This document shows positions 38,122-49,586 of a stretch of 64,000 bases of DNA, piece by piece. Source of the DNA: Harriotta raleighana. Its lineage: Eukaryota. A model generated the notes under the pieces. It searched no databases, was not told the DNA's origin, and saw nothing but the letters and a program-made list of their open reading frames with translations. Every line of letters starts with the position of its first letter. Positions within the stretch are counted from its first letter, which is position 1. The position numbers and the translations under genes are program-made. The stretch spans positions 3,929,671 through 3,993,670 of the forward strand of contig JBNZDD010013730.1 of assembly GCA_050575255.1 (NCBI GenBank). The letters run 5' to 3'.

Positions 38122-40214
38122 ATGTAAGCTTTAAGTATAAGGGCAATTGCCTATTTCTAAGGAGTATTTTGCTCTTATTTAGGTTATGGGGTAATTGATT
38201 GGGAATAGTTATGGGAAGAAATGTTGAATTCGAATTAAATATTGCACAATTCTAGATTAAGAGCTCGAAGACTGATTTATATTTCCCACTCTGAAATCAC
38301 ATATCGCCAAGTTTAAATGGAGCTTTGCAAATGTTAAATTGAATGCAACTGGTTCAAAAATAGCATTGCAACTACAGTAATTTAGACCTCTAAAACTACT
38401 AGGGCTGCCCCCAAGTACAGAGTGAAGTAAAAATCAGTTTCTTTTTGCCACAATGGTTTATGGATTCAAATTTCTGCTAAGAAACAGTCAAGGAACAAAA
38501 CTTTTGTGTTTCCCACTGATGCGTCATCAGGAGTATGCTTTCCAACTGGCCACAATGATGTTGATGACATGCAATAAGAGCTCTATGCTTTCCAACTAAT
38601 AGGAACCGTAATGCATAAAAAGAAGATGGCTGAGAAATACTATTCTTTTACGTGATTAAGGCTGAATTTTCTCTCCCATTTATAATTAATTGGGAAAAGT
38701 CTCACTCTAAACCTCAGAGGTCTACTCCGGGATAATATTCTATACTGGTGCAAAAACGTCACCTGCAAATACATAGCACTGCATTTTTTTAGCTCATTAA
38801 TTTGCTTAAATTCATAATTATTTTACTAACCGTACTCTTCTTATAAATAATGTTTTAAAACATAGTGACCTGTTGCTAGCCTCCAATTTGGAATTGCTAT
38901 GGTCACGCTGAGTGTCTTCTAAGTTAGCTGGAGCACTGAGGCATGACAATCTCAATGCATTAGCCTACTGTTGGAACAGAATACTCTCCTCCTACACCTA
39001 AGTATGTTTTAATGGCGGGAATGTGAAGGGTGATTTATTTTAGTTTTCAAAGCTATAGTGGGAAAGACGTCACAGCAATTGGTTGTGGGTTGGAGCATTG
39101 TCATGCACATGTGATACCAGAAAGTAGAACATAAGCTTGATTGCCCACTTTGCTATGTTCTCAATCTGCGTTGGAAAAGTACCGAGGCCATGAGTTGTAG
39201 AGACATCATCCCTTAGGGCTCCTAGTCTTCTGAGAATGGGGAATTGGTGCAAAAACTGAAGCTTTGATCGAGTAACTAGTTATAGCTTAATACATCCTTA
39301 AAGTCTATTTTAAGCCCAAAATAAGTCAGACCATTTAAAAGAAACCATGTGGCGATGTTTTTCTTGTAGTCAAACCATTAGGATAAGCTCATTATGGAGC
39401 TCTAAATCTAAAATCCCCCTCAGCGCAGAAATATTTTATTAGGGTTGAGATTCCATTAGGCTTATTAACAGTAGAAATTATAATTGAAAATGTTTAAACA
39501 AACACCATTAACACATCTCATTAATAATGGACCAAATTGCATTCTTTTTCAATGTGATGACTTATATATGATGTGCTGACATGTTTTGCACCTGTGCGAT
39601 GATGTATCTGGTGTTCTGGTCAAGGTAATTTACATTGAGGCATTTTTGTATTTTCCATTCACGCGCTGCAGTTAAAAGTGCTGCAAATGACATTATAATG
39701 TATGGAAATTAGCCACAGGGAGCTCTAAACAGGTGGTGTCAAGAACAAGGCCCACAGAATCCTATGCCGTTAAAAAGAGTGGTAGTAGGCCATTAAGCGC
39801 TGTGTCCAGAGGGAGGAGGAAGGCTCATTAGTGGGAGAGACACAAAGGTTCTGCTGGCAGATGTAATATGGTACATGGCCAAGGTCTCAGGAACTGGTGT
39901 ACAATATCCCAAACCAGAGTGAAGTGCCCTGAAAGACATGGGTAGAGATTGACCAATTCATGTATATTAGCTCAGAAGTGGAGCAGGAAATTAAAGAGTT
40001 GCTGGAAATGATTTGAAACAGAGGGAGAACATGAAACCTTTGACATTAAAAGGGGCCTGTTCAAAACTAGTTAGCACAGGCATGATCCATGAGCTGTATG
40101 CTTTAGAAAGAACAGATCAGGACATGGGTATTGATGACCTTGACAGTTTTGAACCTACACTGTACTCCCTTCAGCAATCCATAATTAAAAGGAGAGTGAG
40201 GAATACTAGAACCA

Positions 40215-40532
40215 TAGTCAGAGGAGAGTGATGAGATGTAAACCCAGGTCTAATCTGCCTCGTCGAATAGACATTAAAAATCCGACACCACTATTTCAAA
40301 GAGGAGTGGGGAGTTCTCCTGATTTCCTGGCTAATTTTCTTTTCTTAAGTCACTAAATATCACTTTAATTTGTCGTTCAACTCATTGGTGCTTGTGAGAT
40401 GTTATTGGCACATGTTGGCAGTTATTTATTCTTGAAATAACACTATACACTTGCGAAAGCAATTTACAGGATTGTGTAAAATGCTTTGAGATGTTTATAA
40501 GTAACAAAAACTGAAATCCAAATGCAAGTACT
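40215..40532 (+). mobile_element. Old DeuSINE (SacSINE1-like)
   Basis: GATGAGATGTAAACCCAGGTC..ATTAAAAATCC..CACTATTTC..GGGGAGTTCTCC..CCTGGCTAA..AAATGCAAG. Confidence 0.7.
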
Positions 40533-40885
40533 ATTTTAGTAAAGAAGGAGGTCATTTGCGCCATCAAACCTAGGTTGGTACCTGCTCTTTCTGATCTAGC
40601 AAATGCTGTTAGCAAAACCATTAATGTAATGGGACAAAGCAGTAGGTGAAGCAAAGAGGTAGTAATGCAAGGGATCAGTGAGGTAAATCAGGTCATCATA
40701 AAGAGGATTAGAAAGATTACTCAGTGAGCATAAGGGAAACAGCAAATACCAATGGTCTCCAGAATCCACAACATCCTCCACAGCTTCGAGATATCCAATT
40801 GTAACTACTTAATGACCAATGATTTTTGTAAATTATTTTACAATTCTTACCTACCAATAGATAAAGGAATCACTTTGACAATTGT

Positions 40886-41184
40886 GGAGTCCTGTAGCTC
40901 AGTGGTTAGAGCACTCGCCTTACAAGCAAGACACCTGGGTTTGATTCCTGGCAGGGCGAAACCTTGGGCAAGTTTCCTTACTCCTCATGCCTGATAAGAA
41001 TCCCTCAAAAAACAAGAATGAAATGGGCATTTCAATCCACGACTGTTCGTGGGACACTGCTGTGCGCAATTAGCTGCTGCATTTTGCTCACATAAATAAA
41101 GTCGATTCACTTTGTCGTATATTCTGTGAAGCACTTTGAGATATCTAGAAGACACTATATCAAATGCAAGGATTATTATCATTA
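40886..41184 (+). mobile_element. Full-length tRNA-derived SINE
   Basis: A box TAGCTCAGTGG (40895-40905), anticodon-like loop CTTACAA, B box GGTTTGATTCC (40938-40948), Deu-like body, (ATT)n tail. Confidence 0.93.
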
Positions 41185-41249
41185 TGTATTTCAATGAATG
41201 CTGTAGCAATAGAGGCCATTGCGCTTAATATATTTGTTGTTTACTTAGT

Positions 41250-41530
41250 ATTGAAGCCAGAGAGTTGAGGGTTCAACCTCTGAGTTGGATCTTGACCTTT
41301 GCAGACACTTCAGTCCAGCACTGGGAGTGTCACAATGTTGGAGGTGCAGACTTTCAGATGAGACATAACACCAGGGTCCCTTCCAGCTGTCTTGAACGTT
41401 AAAGATTCCCTGACATTACTTGAAAAACAAGGAAGTTTCTTGTAGAATTCTAGCGGACAACCCTCCACATCAACTGATCATTCACCTCAGGGCCATTTGC
41501 TGCATCTTGCAAATGACTGCCACATTTCTG
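41250..41530 (+). mobile_element. Old DeuSINE (SacSINE1-like)
   Basis: GACACTTCAGTCCAGCACTG..GGAGGTGC..CTTTCAGATGAGAC..GTTAAAGATTCC. Confidence 0.7.
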
Positions 41531-42114
41531 ATCTCTTCATATTTTCTTCGAGGATAGAGAAATAAGTCTAATATTTCTGCTCATAGCTTTGTGTTTAATG
41601 TGCTACTGGTAATCTCCCTGAACTATTGAATTAATTAACTGCCCTTGCACATTTTGTTTATTAGTTGAACAGATACTTGCATGATTCTATCAAAAGACAG
41701 ACATTAAAGACAGTGGAAACCAATATTAATTATGAACAAGGTGTTTAGTGTAATGAAATGTTCAGTTTTATTGATGGGTCATGCTGAGAAAAGTATATAT
41801 TTGAAAATAACTGTTGCATTGTGTAAATCAGTATTGCAAAGATGCCTGAAACAGTCATTTAAACTTCTTTGTGTAGAAATAAATTGTGGGTTAGTGCCTT
41901 CATAAAACTAATTAACTACATCTGGCATAAAGATCTTCGCTAGATTTCATGTTACATTAACATAATAAATACAAATTGTGTAGCAATAAGATTAATTTAA
42001 TGGATGCTATTTACTTTTGGGTGGAAAATTGCAGTTCTGTGGAAGCAAGGTAAATATGTGGTTTAGTCCTGTGGAACCAAGGGAGTTTTCCTGTACTGGA
42101 TCATAGTATGGCAT

Positions 42115-42310
42115 TAATAATAATAATAATAAACCTTGCATCTGATATAGAGCCTTAGCATGCCTTTGAGACGTCTCAAAGAAAGAGCTTCATGAAAATA
42201 TACTGTAAAGTGAATTGACTGTATTTTGTGGGTGAAATGCGGTAGCCAATTGTGCAAAGCAGTGTCCCACAAACAGTCGTGGATTGAAGTGACCAATTTA
42301 TTTTGAAAAA
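42115..42310 (-). mobile_element. 5'-truncated SINE
   Basis: Reverse complement of the 3' ~200 bp of the 40886 copy. Confidence 0.9.
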
Positions 42311-43432
42311 ATTTGAAGAAAAAATACGTTGCAAAAATACTCGATTTCACTGCAATAAAGTGCTATTTAAAAATTAACCTCTGCTGTCTAAAATACAGGA
42401 CTTGAAGCTGAAGAATGGGCTCATACAATCTTTTAATGTTTTACCCATACTTCATAAAGAACCCGTAAAGCTTGATTATTGGAGAAATATAATTTGTGAG
42501 CATTTCAGTCGAATCTATTTTGTAAGTGTTTTTTTTTCCTCCTTTTTGTCATAATGCTAACAGTTAACGGACAACTGAAGTGGAGCAGGTACATGTGTCA
42601 CCAATTGAATGAAAGAGACTGACAAAAATCCATTAGTGTACAAAGAAAGACAAAAGGAGAAATTCTATCACTAGTGGATGAGTTGTTCCAATTCCCCAAG
42701 CCCTCTATTAGTGTGACAGCAAAGAGGCTGTGCTATTAATCCAAAGGTCATACAGTACAGTTTTAGCTAGATTTACTTTATTGGAAATGCAATAGGAAAT
42801 TATATATAGTGTCAGGGTTACAGAACCTAAAAGATGACACTTCTAAAACTATTAAATGGTACAAGGCTGTGGGTGATAATTTTATCTGTCTGACATACCA
42901 AGTGAATGCATGCAACCTATGATCAAACAGTAATTAAATTATGATGTGAAAGCATATGGAAAGTACGTGTATTTTGAATGATGGGTATATGTTTAGAACT
43001 TCAAACAAAAATACGTTTGTGTGGTGGTGAATAAAACAAATTCCTTTTAACAGCCTAGCTGGTGGAAAATAAGGCTTTCTTTATTTGAAATGCCAATACA
43101 GAGCCAGCGCAATTGTATGAGACAAAATAATGTGCTTTTTAATAGCTCTTAATGTTTTCTGACTCAGTTATGAGCTGTGAGCATGTATGTAGTGAAAACT
43201 ATAGGAACTTGTATTTCTCCGTTTGAAAATTGATTCCAGTCCAATAGTCCAATTTGTATCTCCAAGTAGAAAAGGTTTTAAAATTCAGTATAAAATAAGC
43301 ATCAGATAACAATATATCTATAAGGATCTATCCCAGTGCCTTGGGACATCCTTCCAACGCGAAGGGCGAACATAGAAATGTAATTTCTTGTTGTCTTTTT
43401 AGAGAAATATGGAGTTTAACAAAATCACAACA

Positions 43433-43535
43433 CTAATAATGAAGGGTAATGGACCCAAAGCATTGACCCACTTTCCTTTCTCCATACGTGCTGCCTGACT
43501 TGCTAAAGGTTCCCAGCAATCTCTGTTGTCTAGAC
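43433..43535 (+). mobile_element. Penelope-like element terminal fragment
   Basis: TGAAGGGT..GACCCAAAGC..TGCTGCCTGACTTGCT..TCCCAGCA resembles the shark PLE terminal repeat as I recall it. Confidence 0.55.
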
Positions 43536-44089
43536 CACATTTAAGATGGAGTTACAAAAGCTAGATTTAAATCATATTACATATCATATCATGAAGCTCA
43601 ACAACAGTTGTGGGAGTTGGAAACCCCTTGGAAACCTATAATTATATGAAACCAAACCAATGAGAGTCCCAAATATTTTGTAATGAAATAACGGGAATGG
43701 TTTAAAAAATCTAATTAATAGTGGATTGTGGGCTATGGTAACTACATTCAGAATTTCTTAGTAATAAATGTATTTCATTTTGACCTGTATCCAGTGGTGA
43801 TGAAGACATGTTCTGAAAATTGGGAATGAATTTTGCAATTGATTTCCCACCTCCACCATTGCTCTAAATCAATACTGGCCATTTTCAATCACAATATAGT
43901 TATTTCATTAGCAGTACAGTACTTCTCAATTCAAGTTTTCGGTTTACTATTTTCTCCTCTAAGCATTCTCCTTCGCTTGAAAACGTAAATTAAAGTCTGT
44001 CTCCTAGCTACTCCCAGATGCCGGAGCATTCACATGAATCAGCTGGCTTTTGAGACTATCAACTAGTGACTATAAACAGTATACTCCTA

Positions 44090-44556
44090 GGCACTGCTGA
44101 TGACAGCACAGTCAGACTGGCTCATCAGTAAGATTTGGAAGGGCAGAACAACCACTAGGGGAGGCATATTTTGCACTCGGCTCCCATTAACTGTACAAGC
44201 CAAAGCTCTAATGGGAAGGGTGGGCCTAGCTGGATAAGCAGCGGGAAAGTCTGCCAAGTGATGCCCTCAATGGCAAGCGATGGGGTTTCAGCTGTTTAAA
44301 TTTCAACTGTACCCCAATGCACACTTTAGAGTCCCAAGGCCTTGCCTGTTACCAACCTGCACCTATTACTTTCCAGAATTAGGTAAGCAGCATTTGTCCC
44401 TCCAGGGAGAGAGTTCACATTTCCATTTCAACAATTATCTCTGAGATTTCCATACGTAGGTATGGGGAGCATGGAACTCTCAGTTTGGTTTGCGAACTTT
44501 TAATCATGGGAATGGGTTTCTGCTTGTGCCACACACCCGACTGACCAAAAAAAAAC
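44090..44556 (+). repeat. Unclassified A-tailed dispersed repeat (family C), longest copy
   Basis: Matches 34930-35335 and 27280-27440. Ends CTGACC(A)9. Confidence 0.75.
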
Positions 44557-46876
44557 CCCAAAACTGTCAGGAGGAGTATATCTGACTGACTGAGATAAAC
44601 ACAAGTGAAGCTTTGTTCTCGAGAAATAGGATCATTTTCCCCGCACCCACAGCTGAAAACTACAACTTCATCACATTTACTCTTATCTCTATTTTACTTT
44701 GCAAAATATTTTGGGCATCCTGTGAGTTGACCTATTTATAGCAGAACAGCATAAAACTACTATTCAAATGACTAGTACTGTTCAGAGCCCAGTGACTCAC
44801 CTTCACACAAAATAGACTTGGTGTTCTAGATTACTACTATAGTAAATAACATCTAAACTATAAAATGAACATACCTTTTTTGGGGGGTAAAAAAACTGAT
44901 TTGATGGTATTTGGCTTTTAAATTAAGTTCCTGTTGTAAAAATAAATCTTCTTTCTGAAGTTCACTGTCAGAGAATGAGCCTTTGACAACTGTTTCATTC
45001 TGGAGCAACTCAGATTCATTTTTGTCACTCATCATGTTGCTTAGATAGATCCTGTCAGGTGAAACTCGAGCTCCTAGAAGAGAGCAGAAGAAACCTATTG
45101 ACAGAAGTCGTTCCAATGCAGACCATGAGTTACTCAGCCTGAGGGAAGGTCTTAGATTAGGCTTTTGTCATCTCCACCAGGAGATAGTAATTGAGCCAAT
45201 CTCTGGTAGGAAGGTTTTGCGATCTCATGTTGCTGTCTGTGGTCTTACTGTCTACCTGGCTAGTGCTGCTTTCCATTCCTGTCATTTAGGAACTAATTCA
45301 AGAGGCTGTCAACAAGAAGAGATATCAAAGGCTCTCTTGTACTATGTTCTGATCAGCTGTTGAAACCAAATGGACAGGTGGATGGCTTATTTGTAACCAG
45401 CTTTCTTTTTTCACTCAATGGCTTATGACCCATTTTCATGCTGAAAGCTTTTCGGCAAATGGGATGCCTGAATGCGATAAATGAGAGCTAAGGCTGCAGC
45501 CTGAGACCCAGTCCTTCACCTTTAAATGCAGCTCACAGAAGATTTGCTCCTTTGGTGACTTTGAAGGCTCAGAAGTGAAATGATTCCTGATAATCTCAAT
45601 GTAATTTCTAGCCAACATTACATCTTGGCAAACTATTGCATTTTTATACGATAGCCTGAGCCTTGAGAAACATGGGTCGCAAAGCAAGGGCGCTCGATAC
45701 AGTGACTTAAGACCTCATGCGCGGTCTCGGAAACTTTGGGAATGCCAATTGTGGTCTCTCTCCTGATCTAATACTCTCATCAAACTGGTCGAGAAAAATT
45801 AAAATCGCACTGCACTGTCAGCCTTTAAGTTACATGACACAAATTTGTTTTGAAGCACTCGCTGAAGTTACCGTCCATTTAGGCTGTTTGTAGCAAAGGT
45901 GATCCTTTTATTAGTCTCGGTCGAAAATTGGATTTTTCACCCGAAAAATATCCATTGACCCTTTGGCAAGCACTTCTATTTTCCATCAGAGTCATTCTAA
46001 ACAGGATGTGTTTACTTCTCTAAGCATGCCCACATCACCTATTTCGCTAAAATAATGGAAGTTAATAAGTGGTTCAAATTCTTGCCGAGGCTTTATTCAT
46101 TTTATTGCAGTGCAATACCCAAAGCTCATTTCATTTTCATTTCCAGATTCAAATGAAATAAGATCTTGTTTATTCTATTAAATGGAAGGGTTTAAATTGT
46201 TACCCAAATGCCACAGGAATTGATGTGATTTTCTCATCACAAACTCCATCAGATATTTCAGAGGTTCACATTGTTCTGGATTCTGTTCGTTGGCATTGAA
46301 ATGAAGCCCATGCCCCCTGGAAAAACTGTCTGTGGGGACATATTTATGTACAATGCCTTTTCCAAACAGACAGAAGCTTACATTTCTGATGAATCCGAAG
46401 CCCAGCTAAATGCCATCCAGGTTATTACTTACATGAAGACTGAATGACATGTAGCTGTGGGGGAAAAAAAAGCCTCTCCCAGTTTTAAAAGCTAGATCTA
46501 AAATAATCTTTTTGTCCACCTGGGAGGAAATGATTAAGCTGCCAGAGGGTTTGAACTTTCTTGCTAACTGTAATTCTTCAGGCATCAGTCATCTACTGAC
46601 AGCAGTCTCAGGTGCGGAGCGGGTCAGAAAGCCATTCCTAACCAAGTATGTACAGAGTGCACTCAGCCTCCTACAGAGCAACAACTGACTTCACTGATGT
46701 TACACCTTCTGTCCAGAGTCGCCAAACACACAAATGGCAATGTAGTTCTCGTCTGTCAATTGTGTGCAAAACAACAGCAAGACCAACCCAGTCATATCTG
46801 TGGTTGACTTTTAAAATTTGAATGGTAGTGTTTTTGTAAAGTATGGTTTGGGAATTTCAAATGGCATAGCGGCAGT

Positions 46877-46956
46877 AATAATAATAATCCTTGCATTTGA
46901 TATAGCGCTTTTCAACATCTTATCAACGTCCCAAAGCGCTTCACAGAATATACTGT
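46877..46956 (-). mobile_element. SINE 3' tail
   Basis: Nearly identical to the reverse complement of about 809-897. Confidence 0.9.
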
Positions 46957-47709
46957 AGTACAGTATTAAGATAAATATTTGTGATGACAATGATTTAATA
47001 AAATAAATCTAGGTGATGAGCTGTATAAACGTATAGCTTTGAGAAACGTTATCAATTATCAAGGATGCATTGTGTAGGCTTTACTGACATCAATTTCAGT
47101 ATTTACCCTTTCAATGCTGGGCCATTTTTCTGACACTGTGCACAGAATAAGATTAAGTGACATGAGAAAAATTTTAAATGATCTAAATGTCAATATTCAT
47201 TTGAGGTGAAACAATACCAAACGGCTTGATATACTTCATTATCTCATCTTTAAATATGATACATAGTGCTAGTTTTTGCCATTTGTTTTGAGGTAAAGTG
47301 ATCTTGTATGTATTGCTCGGGCAAATGATCTGCCTAAATATTTCCTGATCTCCAATGGTGATCAAACACAATTCTAGATAGAATATTCATCTGTCTTCAC
47401 ATTGTCACTATTCATGGCTGCAATTGCCCCATTGTGTAAGTCAGCAATGCAGTCCATACCTAACCTGATAGTCTAAAACCTACATTCTCTACTGTAAAAA
47501 AAACTAGTTGTCCAAATATTTATAACCACCTCGTAATGCCTCTCAGTATTTCAAAGCTCCCAAGCATGAGGATCTCAATTTGTTTTCCAATGAGTTGACA
47601 TTGAGCTTTCTGAGGTTCACCTCACAACATGCTTCATGGCATAAAGTTCAGCAAAAATTGGATATGAACAGCATTAATCCTGCTCCACTTGACCCCAAAG
47701 AGGACATTG

Positions 47710-47870
47710 GGAGCCTGATATCCCACAACTATCCTTGCATCTTTCCTCTGAACTCTCTCTAATGCAAGAATGTCCTTTATCAAGGTAAAGTAAAGTGCCC
47801 AAAATTACAAACCGTATCCCAAATGTAACCTTCTCACTGATCTCTCCTAGTTAGAATAACTTATTTTTAT
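47710..47870 (-). mobile_element. CR1 ORF2 fragment
   Basis: Reverse strand reads HLGYGL*FWA..DILALERVQRK. Confidence 0.65.
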
Positions 47871-49572
47871 AGTCAAGTGCCCTCTGGTTGTAACCTAGTT
47901 TCTGTATGTGGAGGGGACAGAGAGGTTTTGCAGTCGCAGTGCCAGTCGCAAAGTTTGCATAATGGAAATAATATGAGCACAACCAAGGAGAAAATTGGGC
48001 CCAGTGTTTTGCTGTAAGGCATGTGGTGACAAGGCTATTATGTACAGTGGAGCATTGATAAAACCAACCTAACCTGATAGGAGAATAACCTGGGTAAGAA
48101 TAATGTGAGCTGCAATGTAATTATTAACTTTATCATGTGTGGGTTTTTTTCCTGAAATATATTTTAATGGATTACTGGCATCTTTATTACATTCTGAAAA
48201 TATATCTTATTTACCCGGAAAAGATTGATACATGGATATATTAGGTTTAAAAAAAACATCAGAAATGACTATTATTAAGTTATTTATGGCATTATTTGGT
48301 TACTAATAAACAACACATTCACACTCATGCAATATTTAGTGCATAGAAGTGCATGTATATTATGATATTCTTCATCTCTTCTTCTTATCCTTGGCAGAAT
48401 GCGTATATCTATCTGAACAGCACCAGAAATGATCCGCCTGCTCACACTTTCGGATTGAAATGGAGTACAGTATCTAATGTAAAACGCTTGATTTTCTGGT
48501 GATGAGAGAAAAACAAATGTTGAGATTCATTTATGAATCTGCTTTTATGTTATCCCAATGTTTCATAATCACGAATTGTTGCTCTCATCATTTCTGTACT
48601 TTTTTTTCTTTGAAACTGAAATATCTGATTAAAATTATGGAAATCTAATTGCGCACTAATGAAAAATCTAGCTGATTCATTAGTAAATGAATAGCTTGTT
48701 GCAAATGCCACATCTTTTCAAAAAAGAACCAAATTATATTTTAATTGTATTGTTCAGATATCTTAAACTGCAGCAAACCATGAAATGCACAACTGAGCAA
48801 CAATATGACAGTTTCTCTATATTAAAAATAGAGTTACTGGTAATTATTACTAAGTATTGATGCAGATCAGTAAGTATGTAGCCCTATATTGTACAACTCT
48901 TTTGTGGCCTCTCAAATGACTGAAAGAAGTAATTGCCAATGAACATAGATCAATGATGTCATGCTTGCTGTAGTTTTGATCCATTCATTTGAAAAATCAA
49001 GTTACAGCTATTGTATTTATATGTTACTGGAAATACATTGGCCTAAATGAATTTAATACTTTTGCTGACATACACAGCCACTATTCTCTATTGTAGAGGT
49101 ACGTTTTACAAACCTATCTAGGTTTTCATCCAGAATAATTAATTTTAAATGTAGCATATTCATACAGCAGAAACATTGATTTTTGTTCTGCGAGTCACAG
49201 ATTAGGAAGCTTTCAGCATCCATGCTGGGAAATGTACTGCTTGCCTTTCCTGCCTTGGTTTCAAACTTGCCCTACTGCAGTTTTCTGGTGCTCTTGCTTC
49301 AAATATAAGACTTAAAATAAAGATTTTTTATTTTATGACTTTTATTTTCTTTTTATTACATTTCTGAACTCCGAAACTACACTTCTTGAAATGAACTCTT
49401 GATTACTTAATATCTTATCGGTGAAGTCTGGAACTATGTCCGATTTAATGAGAGGAAAAACTGAATGTCACTTGTAACAGATCATTTATTTCTTCCCATT
49501 TGTCCAGTCAGTCTGTGCCCTTGCTTGGGAGGATGAGTTACCAACAACTGCATCTAGGTTGTTTTATATCAG

Positions 49573-49586
49573 CCACCAGGAGGCAA
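49573..49586 (+). promoter_or_regulatory. CTCF-like motif (forward, weaker)
   Basis: CCACCAGGAGGCAA. Confidence 0.3.

Noticed and set aside
36463-38198. ORFs spanning the N gaps
   Set aside because: Open only because of Ns and poly-G.
38490-38540. Hammerhead core CTGATGA..GAAAC on the minus strand
   Set aside because: Stem II is mismatched and there is no convincing stem I. Such a motif pair is plausible by chance in 64 kb.
40886-40958. tRNA-Val(TAC) gene (also 14454-14520)
   Set aside because: Runs straight into a SINE body and tail, with a poor acceptor stem and no oligo-T terminator. It is a SINE head.
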